Positions 1 through 12,285 of a stretch of 64,000 nucleotides of DNA are shown in pieces. Under the pieces are notes generated by a model. It saw only the letters and a program-made list of their open reading frames with translations. It had not been told where the DNA came from and did not search any database. Origin of the DNA: Eledone cirrhosa (Eukaryota). The position numbers and the translations under genes are program-made. How positions within the stretch are numbered: position 1 is the stretch's first letter; each line of letters begins with the position of its first letter. The stretch covers positions 148,614,001-148,678,000 of the forward strand of contig OZ024740.1 in NCBI GenBank assembly GCA_964016885.1. Reading direction: 5' to 3'.

Positions 1-1428
1 CCTCCGAACAAGTCTGGCATCTGTACGTAAAGTTCTTGGGCAGACCATCCAAACCAGGCTATTTACCCCTTGTGCAGCCAGTCATTGCCTCCCGTACTTC
101 AGCGGCTGTTATCGGCTTTTCGCAACACTCCGCCTCAGTGGCCGAGAGCCGCGGCAGTCCGTCGAGGTAGACACTAAAGTCCATCCCTCGACCCGGCCCG
201 CCGCTGCCCCCGAACAGCTGTACGAATTGTCGCTGAAAAGCAGCACACATTTGCCCGGGATCGAGTAGCATGCGCCCGTCGTGGTCCACCAAAGACCGGA
301 TCGTGGCTTTGTTGCCACGATGCGTCTCCGCCACTCGTGGCCATTGAACGGCTTTCGTCCCCCCGTGTCTGAGAGCACGCACCCTAGCTCTGACAACGCA
401 GCCTTCGTTCTTTGCATTGAAGAATTGGTCAAGGGCCAATTTCGCCGCAAGTACGTCGGTCGCGATGCCTTTGCTAAGCGCCTCGTCTAATTTTCTAACT
501 AGTTCTCCCTCTGCTCTATTTTTCTCTATTGCTAAAACCTTACTAACGCTAATGGACTCTATTCTAATCGCTCTTTTCAGAGCAAACCACCACTTGTTGT
601 TGACGATGGCCCCCTTCAACGCCCGCTTAACTACTTCGCTAATCCGGTCTCTGTAGGATTTGCGCGATGGTAAGGACGCGTTTAGCTTCCAGTAGCCGGT
701 TTCTCGTCTATGAAGCCTATCTAAGTCAAGCACACAGATCACGAATTTGTGGTCCGTGTAGCTGATTATTTTGAATTGTGGACAGCCTATGCTAGACCTA
801 TCTATTTCCCTACAAAATACTCTATCTAGATATGATCTGGATGACCCTATGCGGTTTGCCCAAGTCCACATTGGCACATTCGGGAAATCCAATCGGTACC
901 TCTCAGACAGTTCAAAACGCCTGAGCAGGTTGGTGAGGCTCTTGCACCCTCCTCCCCTATCCGGTAATCCCACACAGTCCCAGCGTGCATCTAAGATCCC
1001 GTTCCAGTCGCCCACTAACACTAAAGAGCGGGACGTTTCAAGAAAGGTCTCCAGACGCCTGAAAAAATCAGGCCGCCTTGCTCCTGTCGGGGCATAGACG
1101 GCCACTAGCCTGAAAGCTTGCCCGTCTCCGCTGGTCACGTCCAGCACCACCAACTTACCTTCTGGGTCCAGGAAGATGGCCCGTATGGCGAGATCCAAAC
1201 CTCTCCGAAAAAGCACAGCAACTCCTCCCCCGATCCAGGACGGCTGGGAGATGCGTACACATCGTAGCCGCCGAAGATCGGTGCGAAGGCCCGTGCTTCG
1301 GAGATTCTCATCTCGCTGATGGCCACTACATTTATGTATAGTGACCTGAGGTCGTTGAGCAGGTGACCCTGCTTCCATGACGACCCCAAGCCACGCGCAT
1401 TTATGCTGCCTATTCTGAGTGAGGTCAT
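1..1428 (-). mobile_element. Tx1/L1-type non-LTR retrotransposon ORF2, N-terminal part (APE endonuclease plus linker to RT), frameshifted, runs off the window
   Basis: MTSLRIGSINARGL...VAISE (ORF 1135-1428) frameshifts into GGGVAVL, VYAP, LVGDWN, YLDRVF, SYTDHK, WKLN, PIT..EV, then K*PGLDG near 59-45. These are APE/L1-Tx1 motifs with a frameshift and an in-frame stop. Confidence 0.9.
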
Positions 1429-1462
1429 GTTGAAATGGAGTGGAAAAGATGGGAAAGACCAC

Positions 1463-3960
1463 TTACCTTACTTCTCGTAGAGGAAGGATGGTTCCTCCAT
1501 CCTTTTCACTGCTTGTGGCGTCTTCCGGAAGGATGTCCTTATAAATCTTTCTGGAGAGTGCTTGTCGGAAGTCTCCGATGTCTTTAGGGAATTTTTGTTT
1601 TAGTGTCATGTACGTTTTCTGTGTGATGCGAGTGATTTGTATGTGTGGAGGTGGTGTGAACTTTTGGGGTGTTGTGTAGTCTTTTTCTGTGATGCTGGTG
1701 TTGTGTTGGATATAGTGTAATATTTGGTTGTTGTTCAAATTTAATGTTGTGTGGTGTGTATCGTTTTGGTTGTTTTGTTTTGTTTGCGTTTGTTGTGGGT
1801 TTGTTTCTGTTTCGTTTTTTGGTTAATTTTGTGGTTAATGATTGTGATGGTGTTGGTGTTTGTGGTGATGGGGTTGGTGATGCTGGTGTGGATGGTGGCA
1901 TATCTGTCCTAACTTTTTTGTTTGTTAATTTATTTGTTTCCCTCTGTATTTTGTTTTTGGAGAGGGAAGGAAGAGAATTTTTTCTTTTTTGGTTGCTTTT
2001 TTTTTCCTGATACAGTTTTCCACTCCTCGTCGTCACAATCTGTCTCCAGTTGTGATAGGCCGGGGAGTGGAAAATCCTCCACAGGCGTTAGTTTTGGTTG
2101 TGGCGTGGTGGATGGTTAGGCGCTGGTGCTAGTTCTGGCCCGTTGGGTGGTGGTGGTGTTGGTTGTGCTGGTGGGTGTGGTGTTGGTGTTGCTACTGTTG
2201 CTGGGATTGTTGCTGTTATAGTTGCTTGGTGTGGATGGTGGCATAGCTCTCCTAACTTTTTTGTTTGATAGTCTATTTGTTTCCCTCTGTATTTTGTTTT
2301 TGGAGGGTGAAGGAAGAGGAGTTTTTCTTTTTTGGCTTCTTTTTCTTTTTTTCTTTTTTCCTGATACCGTTTCCCACTCCTCGTCGTCACAATCTGTCTT
2401 CAGTTGTGATAGGTCGGGGAGTGAAAAATCCTCCACAGGCGTTGGCTTTTTTGGTTGTGGCGTGGTGGATGGTGTAGGCGCTGGTGCTATTTCTGGCGCG
2501 TTCGGTGGTGGTGATGTTGATTTTGCTACTGTTGCTGGGGTTGTTGCTGTTACAGTTGCTTCTGTTGTTACTGCTACAGTTGTTGCTGCCATTTCTGCTG
2601 CTGGTGGTGTTGATGGTTGAGTCAATGAGGTGGGTAAGAGAGGTGGCCTCAACCTTTAAGCCTGAGGGCAGAAAGCCCTTAGGTGGGTTCCTTCAGCAGA
2701 AACGACACACCTAGGCTTTCTCCCCTCGACGATTACGGTGAGGTGGCTGCCGCCAGTGAGGTCTATTACCTCTGGGTATCTCCTCAAAGTTTTTTGGTCC
2801 GCTTGGATCAGGAGCTCCATCCCAGATCTGGACCAGTTCTCCTGCTTCTTTTTAGCTATTTCGATTATCTTGGTGTTGGCCTCGATGCCGGCGAGGACGG
2901 CAGCCATTAGCTAGCAAATTTCGATGGCCGGTGGAACGTGGGTCACCCTGATCTTCACGAGTCTCTGACCACAATAGCTTGGGACGAGTGTGAAATTGTC
3001 ACTTCTTAATGGGGCCATGGAGTGTTCTCTGACCTCCTGTGGTGTTCCAAAGAACACGTCCACGGTTCCATATTTCTGCCCACGTCTGATGTGGGTTTTT
3101 TGCCCACACATGTCCTAAAGCATTTGGGATTTGGGACTCGGATGCCCGTTCCACTCGGCGCGATTTTATGTTAATCGTCCGATAAGACACGGTGCATAGG
3201 CGCCGATGCTCCATTTTATTTGGTGGTGGTTGGAGGTGTGGGTGAGGCTGACCATGTACCCATCTTTCTTTACCATTTTCTTGGCTTCATCTAGTTCCTC
3301 CTGAGTTACCTGGATTGTTTCGCATGTTTTACCTGCTTTGGCAAAAGACACGATGTTGTTATTCTCATTGTTGTTGTTGCTGTTGTTGTTATTGTTACTT
3401 TTGTTATTGTCATTTTTAGTTTCAGTTGTGGTGGTGGTGGTGTAGTCAGTGGTGTTCGATGTGGAAGAGTCCATTCTGGGGGAATCCATTTCGATGTCAC
3501 GTGATAATTTATTTTTTTCTTTTGTTTCTGTTGTCGCTGTGGTGGTGGTGGCGGTGGCGGCTTCAACACCTGCAGTCATTGGTAATGGCGGGAAATGAAT
3601 GTCTGCATGAGACAAATTTAAATTATTGCTACTGCTTATATTTTTAGTGTTGCCAAACGTAGCAATATTTACAATGGTGGTGTTGGTGTGAGATGTTAGT
3701 TTGTGAGGAAGGCTCTCAGCTACTTGGTGTAGCTGTGAGTCGTCCATGATTTTTTCAAAGAAATTTTTTGTTTGATAATTATAAAAGTTCAAATTTTGGG
3801 CTCAAGGCCCCAATCTTTTTGAGTGTCCTTTTCCGAAAGCAAATTTTGTGGCTTTATAAATAGTTAACAACAAAAATTTTCCATAAATAGCCATTTTAAA
3901 TAAACGAAAACAACAAACCTTTGCGGAGCTCACGATGATACCATTTCCTACGTAGGTCGC
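1463..3960 (-). mobile_element. Fragmented ORF1 and 5' region of the same Tx1-like element
   Basis: Consecutive - strand ORF pieces directly upstream of ORF2 (VKIRVTHVPP, LTVIVEGRKPRCVVSAEGTHLRAFCP resembling a degenerate knuckle, Thr/Pro-rich and Lys-rich tracts), ending at an (AAT)n tract near 3962. Confidence 0.65.
1885..2520. repeat. ~280-bp direct duplication inside ORF1 (about 1885-2160 and 2228-2520)
   Basis: Near-identical ggtgtggatggtggcata...ccactcctcgtcgtcacaatctgtc...ggcgctggtgcta in both copies; twin ORFs MTTRSGK start at 2036 and 2390. Confidence 0.9.
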
Positions 3961-3991
3961 CAATAATAATAGTAATAATAATAATAATAAT

Positions 3992-4191
3992 GCTTTCTTT
4001 ATTAACCACAAGGGTTTACACAAAGTAGACATTAAGGACAGTACAGGACGGTATAAATTGGTATTTCTGCGTGTAAAAAACAAAACAAAAAAAGATGTAA
4101 TAATAGAACAATGAAAAATTCCCCAATAGGGGGGAGACTTCCGAGGGCCATCGTGGAGAAAGCCACTGTGACCGTGACCACCAGGGCAATT

Positions 4192-4192
<1 letters not shown>
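3992..4192 (-). mobile_element. Probable 3' UTR remnant of a second retroelement copy, between (AAT)n and (GAA)n
   Basis: The - strand ends ...cccttgtggttAATAAAgaaagc(ATT)n; a (GAA)n tract lies at 4194-4247. Confidence 0.45.
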
Positions 4193-4222
<30 letters not shown>

Positions 4223-4748
4223 AAGAAGAAGAAGAAGAAGAAGAAGACGGTGATGAATATATGTACTATATATATAAAGGAATCATGTGTACATGTTCGT
4301 GTGAATGTGTACGTGAGTGAGTATGTACGCGTATGTGTGTGCGTATATGTGTGCGTGTTAGAAGCATTGAGTGAGAGAGAAAGTGAAAGAGAGCGTAATT
4401 TGAATAAAATTGATCATCGATAATTGTACTTGAAATACACCGAAGGGAGTATTAATGCTCGTGTGTAAACGAAATATGATAAAGAAATCATGTCACAGCA
4501 GATATTAATTAATTTGACACTAATTATCGCTGAAGTACCATTTTAATTTAGTTTTAAATCATATGAATTATACACTGCTTATTCAGTGTACTTTTATGTT
4601 TAAGTAGCGTGTATATGTTTAAGCAGTTTAAGGTTTATGTTTAATCAGTTATTCGTGAATATATGCGCGTGTTTGTGTATATAAGCTTTCATAAGAAGAC
4701 ATGTATAATCCCATACAGGAATACATGCTTACGTACAAACATATGTAA

Positions 4749-4772
4749 ACACACACACACACACACACACAG

Positions 4773-4859
<87 letters not shown>

Positions 4860-4880
4860 TATATACATACATATATATAT

Positions 4881-4921
<41 letters not shown>

Positions 4922-4932
4922 CATATATATAT

Positions 4933-5009
<77 letters not shown>

Positions 5010-5029
5010 CATACATACATATGTATATG

Positions 5030-5079
<50 letters not shown>
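4749..5079. repeat. Compound (CA)n/(TA)n microsatellite
   Basis: Read directly from the sequence. Confidence 0.98.
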
Positions 5080-5082
<3 letters not shown>

Positions 5083-5611
5083 ATGAGAAGGAAGAAGAAT
5101 GAAGAAGGAAGAAGAATACTGCGTGGTTTGCACATGGGTTACATATGATAAAAATAGTCCTTCGTCAGTGATTTTCCAACCATCATTGGTATTTCATCGC
5201 ATTAAAAATCAGATACCTCAGGTTGGTGCGAGCAATAATCTAAAAAAAGTTATTGGGACCAGTAATCGCGTAAAGCGAGGGGGACAAGAGAACAACATAG
5301 AAGGATAAAAACAAACCAAAGAAAGGAAATAAACAAGCAGCATGGTTGTCCGGTCAGCATAAGCTGGGTGGATTTCATGAGCGAAAAGTATAGACGTCCG
5401 ACCTGCGTGAGATGTAAGCAAGAAGAGAGGCCCACTGTTAGCCAAACGGGAGGGAGAAACAGAGAGAAGGGGAGTAACAGAGAGTGAGTGAGTGGAAGTG
5501 CGAGGAAGCGGTCAGTCGAGAGAAAGTGTAACTGACAGAGGGGGCGAAAGAAGGTGAGAGAAACAGAGAGAGCGGGGAAGCAGTAAGAGAGAAACAGACA
5601 AACGCAGCCGA

Positions 5612-5663
<52 letters not shown>

Positions 5664-5667
5664 CATA

Positions 5668-5700
5668 CTAGCTGCAGTAGCCGGTAATACCCGGGAAAGG
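5668..5700 (-). mobile_element. Helitron-like 3' terminus
   Basis: The - strand reads cccgggtattaccggctactgcagCTAG|t, a short subterminal hairpin plus CTAG, abutting (TA)n. Confidence 0.45.
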
Positions 5701-6403
5701 TGGGGTTATTCGCAGATCCCAGAGTGCGGCTGAAAATGCTACTGACCATGCGTGCTCATACTGGATTTTCAATAGTAACCTTTGCTAGGTGTGTTTATGG
5801 CAGATCGATGTTTTGTGTGAAACTATCAATAGCTGTTTAAGTCATAAACCCTTCTTCCATCTAGCTTTCTTTATTCAGAGTGAATAAGCTCGAAGAGTAT
5901 CGAACTTATTCAACAAAGTTATGTATACGAATAGCAAACTTACTGTCGTTTGTAAAGCCCTTCGAATGACTGAAGCAATTCAATAAAACCATCCCGTTTT
6001 CCCCTATAGTAGACATAACGCGAGAAAACAAACCATAATAAGTCGGATAAACAATCAGAAGTGTTGGCCCTAAAGAAGGCATTGTAATGTTCACTGTTGC
6101 AAAGTGTCAATAATGGGAGCGAAGTTATATCTTCTTAATTCGTGTTAATCTCCCCACAGTCCGACACCTCGAAATATCGACAAAATAAACTCTACTCTCA
6201 AAGACGACATGTTACATTTAACATGCCAGGAGTACACATATTCGTCAACATACGATTTGGATTTTATTCTTCGGACTAATCTCATGGTAAGCCAAAATGC
6301 AGGTCATTGATCATCACACTTTTTTGTAACTTATCACCGATTCCTGCAGTTGACTTTAATGTGACCTAAGCGTGTTCAGAATCCATATCAGGGGATATGA
6401 TTT

Positions 6404-6444
<41 letters not shown>

Positions 6445-6695
6445 ACATAGATTTATATATATATAACATAGATTTAAGCATTGTGTAGGAAGTAAGAAAT
6501 TGTTAGAGAGAGTGAAGCTCAAAGGCAAGTCAGATCGTGAATAAAGATATTTAAGTTATGTACGTTGATATTTATTAAGTTGTTAGGTATAATTAGTGAT
6601 ATTGTCCATGATTTCATATATATGCATATATAGGTATATAGTTATACTAACATTAATTCGCGTGGGGAAAAAAAATATTATATTATAATATCTAA

Positions 6696-6925
6696 TTATG
6701 TTTATACACGGAACCAACGCGCTACCTAAGATTTCAAGGCAAATATTGACCATATCGCCAGAATGTAAAACGAATAAAATTTGTGACCTAATCTTCAGAT
6801 GCTTATTCGAGTATAAGTACATGAAGATCAGGTCACAATTTTGATCCTTCATAAATCCTGAAGATATGGGCAATATTATTACTTGAAACCTTAAGAAGCG
6901 CCTTTGTTCCGTGTATGAACATAAA
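6696..6925. repeat. Old degenerate fold-back inverted repeat (~110-bp arms) with a decayed hammerhead-like core
   Basis: tgtttatacacggaac...gtgacctaatcttca versus tgaagatcaggtcac...gttccgtgtatgaaca; CTGAAGA...GAAA in the right arm. Confidence 0.6.
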
Positions 6926-7613
6926 TGACATTATGCCCTCTGGCTAGCTGAGTTCGAATTAGTTGTCCATCGAGTGAGTGGGGAAACTGCCGAAGTTATG
7001 TCTATTCTATTTGACTTGCCTCGTCTTCTAAGTATATATATATATTTGTGTCATTTTCATTTAGCTATCTATTTATCAACCAGCCTCTTTATATCGCCCC
7101 CCATCTCTCTCTCCTCTCTCTCTCTCTATATATATATATATATGCTTGTGTATGTACGTATCTGTTTGCGTGTATGTATTTATTTGTTTCTATTACTTCT
7201 GTATTGTATTTATTTACTTTGTTCTTAACTCTGTAGCGGAGATTCATTTGGTCTCCTAGTTAGTATTTTAGTCTACGACTTCTGCTATACCATTTACGTG
7301 GTTTTGTCTTTGCGTGCTGTTGTTCTCCACGCTCCACATATGACTTATTATCTTCGTTTTTTCGTTCATTGCCAGAGAACGTCTCTATGCACCACCTAAG
7401 AGAACATTAGTCTACGACCTCTTTTATACCATAAACGTGGTTCTGTCTTTGCACGTAATTGTTTTTCACCGCTCCTATTAATGACGTATTATTCGTTTTT
7501 TCCCGTTCTTTGCCAGCGAACGTCACCACGAACCAAAGTATCGTCTTCCTGTCTTCCTCCGGTTGCAACGTTTTTTGAAATATCCAGTTCTGCGTTTACA
7601 GATTGACTTTGTT

Positions 7614-7664
7614 AGTTTCAGAAGATCCCGTTAAGGGTGAAAGCAGCGATTCTTTGCTTAAACT
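7614..7664 (+). ncRNA. Type-I hammerhead ribozyme motif, U4A core variant
   Basis: agttt CAGAAGA tccc gttaa gggt GAAA gca gcgattctt tgc TT aaact: stem I 5 bp, stem II CCC/GGG, stem III GCA/TGC, followed by AATAAA and (TA)n. Confidence 0.65.
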
Positions 7665-7692
7665 TTAATCTGTTATTTTAATAAATATATAT

Positions 7693-7822
7693 ATTTTAGC
7701 TTGATAACGGGGTTTAGAACCCTCAGATAAATGGAAAAAGATGAGTATTGACGTATATGTACGTCAATACTCATCTTTTTCCATTTATCTGAGGGTTCTA
7801 AACCCCGTTATCAAGCTAAAAT
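7693..7822. repeat. Perfect hairpin, 63-bp arms with a 4-nt loop
   Basis: 7693-7755 is the exact reverse complement of 7760-7822. Confidence 0.95.
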
Positions 7823-7848
7823 TCCTTTAGTTAGAAATACGGTGAAAG

Positions 7849-7885
<37 letters not shown>

Positions 7886-7993
7886 GATAGGGCGGCCGAC
7901 TGAGGTAGAAGCTGCTAAATAGTCGGTCGTCCTCTTGTCTCTGATTTTCAGCCCCATGGATTTTATCTGTTATATTCCTTTGTTATATTTTGA

Positions 7994-8051
7994 ATACCTG
8001 ATGATGTCACCGGATTCATACTGAACTCGGTCATTGAAATGATCATAGTAT
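7994..8051 (+). ncRNA. Minimal type-I hammerhead ribozyme motif
   Basis: atac CTGATGA tgtcaccg...cggtcatt GAAA tgatca TA gtat, then AATAAA; palindromic stem III (ATGATCAT). Confidence 0.7.
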
Positions 8052-8223
8052 AATAAACCTTTCAAGGATTTACACCAGTCCAGCCTCCTGTTTTTTTATA
8101 ATAATTAACTCCGTACTCGCACCACCAACTACACAAACGAAGACGGGTGAGTTGCATTACGTTGAGTGCTCTCGAGATTGACCATACGGAATGATCAGTT
8201 CTATCCAGTGGTGAACCAACAAA

Positions 8224-8305
<82 letters not shown>

Positions 8306-8869
8306 GGAGAGAGAGAGAGGGGGGAGTGAGAGAGAGAAAGAGAGAGAGGCTGGTTGATAAATAGATAGATAAATGAAAATGACACAAATAGATCGAAAAA
8401 TCACCGTGAGAGATTAAAACTAAAAGGGAAAAAATGGACACATGATGGACATGAAATAAGCACACGAACCTAAAATCTATTTGCTATAAAGATATTTATG
8501 ATGAAGACCTGGTATTTTGACAAATCCTTTTCCGAGGTATTAAGAAAAAAATAAGCCATGATTTAAAATGATATATATGACTTGTGAAATGGACATTGAT
8601 CGTTAGAAGGAATGTAGCCAAGCGAACTATGTGACGCTAAAAGCAGGCAAGGAGAGGGAAAGGGCAAGGGACGGCGAAATGGGTACGTAGAGAAAGAAGT
8701 CATTAGGAAGTTAGCTGGTGAAAGTGGAAAAGGAGAAACGTGAAAAGTGATGTATTTGTATAAAAGTGTTGTTTAACACATGATCCAACCATTTCATTCC
8801 TAAAGCATGATTATACCCCAGCATACACAGCCAATATGACCAAGGGTAAAACTTGATGAACTTATGGGC

Positions 8870-9138
8870 TGGAAGGGCTGATTCACCTTGCCTACTGACC
8901 AGAACTTGGCTATAGCTCATTTCTTGAGCGGGTGGAGGTTACAAATTATGGATGAGTTTGAAAATAATTGCAGGGAGATTTTTACTCCTAAACAACCTAA
9001 GTGGTATATGCGTGGAATTGAGCGTCTGTCACAACGATGGCAACAGATAATAAAATATGATTGGATATATTTTGATGAATAAACAATTTTCGCACGTCAT
9101 TTATTCGAAACACGAAAAGACATTTGACTCAACCTGGT
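8870..9138 (+). mobile_element. Mariner transposase C-terminal remnant plus 3' end
   Basis: Degenerate HPPYSPDLA-like motif, then FTPKQPKWYMRGIERLSQRWQQIIKYDWIYFDE*. Confidence 0.75.
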
Positions 9139-9955
9139 ATATAGACACTGGTATAGTAATACAGGAACACATGTAATGTGTTTGTGTGTGTGTGCGTGCA
9201 TGTTTGTGTTTGTGTGTGTGTATTTGTGCGTGCGTGCATATGTGAGTGTGTGTGTGGTGAAGTTGTGCGTATGTCAATTGCTTGGTTATTGATATATGAA
9301 AATTAAAATTTTTGTTGGGTCAAGAAGGTTAATTATCAACTTTGACACAAATCCTTTAAAGTCATCATACTTGAAATCATGTTGACAAACGTTTTATACT
9401 TCACATTTACACATATAGATTTACATACAAATATACTTAAAGATACATATACATGTATATATGCGTAAGAAATCCACGTTAGCGGAAATATTCAAAGTGG
9501 TTTATGTGAGTTCTACCATAATGACTTTTCAATATGTAAATTAAGATATCTTTATTAAGATGCCTGCCAACTTCATCTCTATGCTGGTAATTAATTTCAC
9601 TTGAATATATCTATACAAACACACACACACATATGAGAGTGTTAATCTGATTTTGCGTGCGCGTGTATGTGTGTATTCGTGTGTGTGTGTGTGTGTGTGT
9701 AATTGTGTGTGTGTGTGTGTTTGTGTGTGGATGTGCTTCTGTGCGTCTATGTTTCTGTGGGTATGCTTATATTTGAACATGACATGTTAGTCACTGAAAT
9801 TTGTTGATTTAAGTTGACAAACCACCTGATATTGTACGTATGTATCCGTTCAACGCAGACATACAAACATACACACAGACCCACACAAACACGCACACAC
9901 ACAAACAAACATACACGCACACACACACACAGTCACAAACACAAACACACACAGA

Positions 9956-10012
<57 letters not shown>

Positions 10013-10015
10013 TTA

Positions 10016-10340
10016 GGTGCTTGGCTCAATGGCTAGAATGTCAGGCTTATAATCATGAGGTTGTGACTTCGATTCCCGAACTGAGCTACGTGTTGTGTTC
10101 TTGAGCAAGACACTTTATTTCACGTTGCTCCGGTTTACTCTGTAGAAATAGGGTCCGCCGTCACTGGTTCCAAGTTGTATCGGCCTTAGACTTTTTCTTG
10201 AACAACATCGGTGGCGTGGTGAAGAGAGACATGTATGCATGGGCGGTTGCTGGTCTACCATAAACAACCTTGATCGGACGTGTGCCTCGGAGGGCAACAT
10301 TCTAAGCGAAAATCCCATGGTGACCTGGGACCAAAAGGGT
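10016..10340 (+). mobile_element. tRNA-derived SINE (family B; diverged relatives near 24090-24240 + and 63330-63580 -)
   Basis: A box tggctcaatgg, B box ttcgattcc, conserved central gtgttcttgagcaagacactt block. Confidence 0.7.
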
Positions 10341-10370
10341 AATTTATATATATATATATATATATATAGG

Positions 10371-10414
<44 letters not shown>

Positions 10415-10887
10415 TTTAAATATATACGCCCTAATGCAAATGATCATAATAATAGTGTATCAGTCCAATTTGTTCGTCTCCAGTGATATTTTAGCCCTGT
10501 TTTCCCAACTTTTATTTATTGTGATCGACTAATATTATGTGACACTTTTAAACTGCTGTGTTTACTCTGGAGAATAATGCATTAACATATCGCTCTATTG
10601 AGTGCTTTGTGATTGCTGCAAACAATTCAATTAGTACCTGCTACATGGCAGTTACAACTTCGATTTGTACCTGATTGTATTTACGTTGTTGTGGTGCCTT
10701 CTGTGGCTTTGTGCCCTTAACCACAGTTTTCAATTTGTCATGCGATTTAACGTATGTTTATTACTCTAAGATGTAACTTATCAATTTATCCATGTCTTTC
10801 TATTGAGTGCTTCGTGTAAAGCTCCGAATATTGTTCTCTTTCGTGGATGCTGGCCGAGCGCTGTAACTTTGATTTTACTAACTTCCA

Positions 10888-10924
<37 letters not shown>

Positions 10925-11796
10925 ATGAGAAAAGGCCCGATTCCAGTATATTTCATTAATGATTTACAATTAAATAATACGAATTTCTATTGCCGAATTA
11001 CGGCACCAGACCATGACGCAAGACAACCGGTGATGACATGAACATAAAAGATTTAATAGATTTATTTCAGTAATACCTACTCTGTTACAAGAAAATACAA
11101 ACAAGGAATTCATACGGAGGCGGCTCGGCGAACGAGAGAGAGAGAAAGAGGAGAGAGATAGAAAGAGATTGGGAGAGAGAGGGAGAAAGAGAGAGATTGT
11201 CTGCCAAATACCATTCCTCGTTCTTCACACTTCACATACTAGTTATGGCCCCAAAATACAAATACATCTGAAACATACAACACAACCCCACTATCCTAAC
11301 ATTAGCACAAATATAATCAAGACGATGAGGGTGTAAGACAGATATCATTAGAGAGAAAAGTGAATACTGCGCACATATTAACAGAAGAGAGAAAATCATA
11401 ATTGTCTTGTTTTCATTTACTGAATTCCTGATTCATACAGGTCTAATTCTGTTTCCTTCGCTAATTATATGATTACATTTATTCTTAGAATGTTGTTTAA
11501 AAATCTTTTATCTCAGTGTTTATACTGTTTGTACTTCATTTCTATCTTCCTCTCATAATTGTATTTTGTCTCGTCTCCCTGCTCTCATCTCTTTGAATAT
11601 TTAGTTATTATCCTTCGGCCTCTGACACTATATCTCAAGCTTTCTATCCCTCTTTCTATTCGTTTGTCCGTCACTCACTCACTCCTTCTCTTTCTCTTTC
11701 ATTCTCACGATCACAAAGGCACTGTCACTTCAATTTTGTCTTTCTATCGACATTCGTCTCTCTACTAATCTATCTTACTTCCTGTTTCTTCCAACT

Positions 11797-11885
<89 letters not shown>

Positions 11886-11916
11886 GCCCTGTTTTAACTA
11901 TAAATAATATATATAC

Positions 11917-11957
<41 letters not shown>

Positions 11958-12159
11958 CTTGTATACACACACACATTTTCTACACCGCAACACTTGTTGC
12001 TCATTAATTTCCTATCTAAATACTGGATTGCGTCCGTCTGACTTGTTGTGATAGAGGAAAGATGGATGTATTTGAAGCTGTGGAAAAATAAGGCATAGGG
12101 AGTGGAAGAAGGAAGTAATAACAGAAAATAAAGCAAGAAAATTATACGAACAATAACGT

Positions 12160-12285
12160 GAAGAAGAAGAAGAAGAAGAAGAAGAAGAAGAAGAAGAAGA
12201 AGCAGAAGAAGAAGAAGAAGAAGAAGAAGAAGAAGAAGAAGAAGAAGAAGAAGAAGAAGAAGAAGAAGAAGAAGAAGAAGAAGAA
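12160..12285. repeat. (GAA)n microsatellite
   Basis: Read directly from the sequence. Confidence 0.98.

Noticed and set aside
4649-5148. Long YI/HT/CV-repeat ORFs here and at 30.9-31.7k, 45.0-45.6k, 56.9-57.4k and 59.6-60.2k
   Set aside because: They are translations of dinucleotide microsatellites.
5345-5405. Hammerhead-like arrangement on the - strand (ggt CGGACGT...GAAA tcc...gga CA acc); similar at 60247-60326
   Set aside because: Three or more core deviations, too decayed to call.
5900-6300. Possible Helitron helicase remnant
   Set aside because: Only vague motif resemblance, and its orientation conflicts with the CTAG end at 5668.
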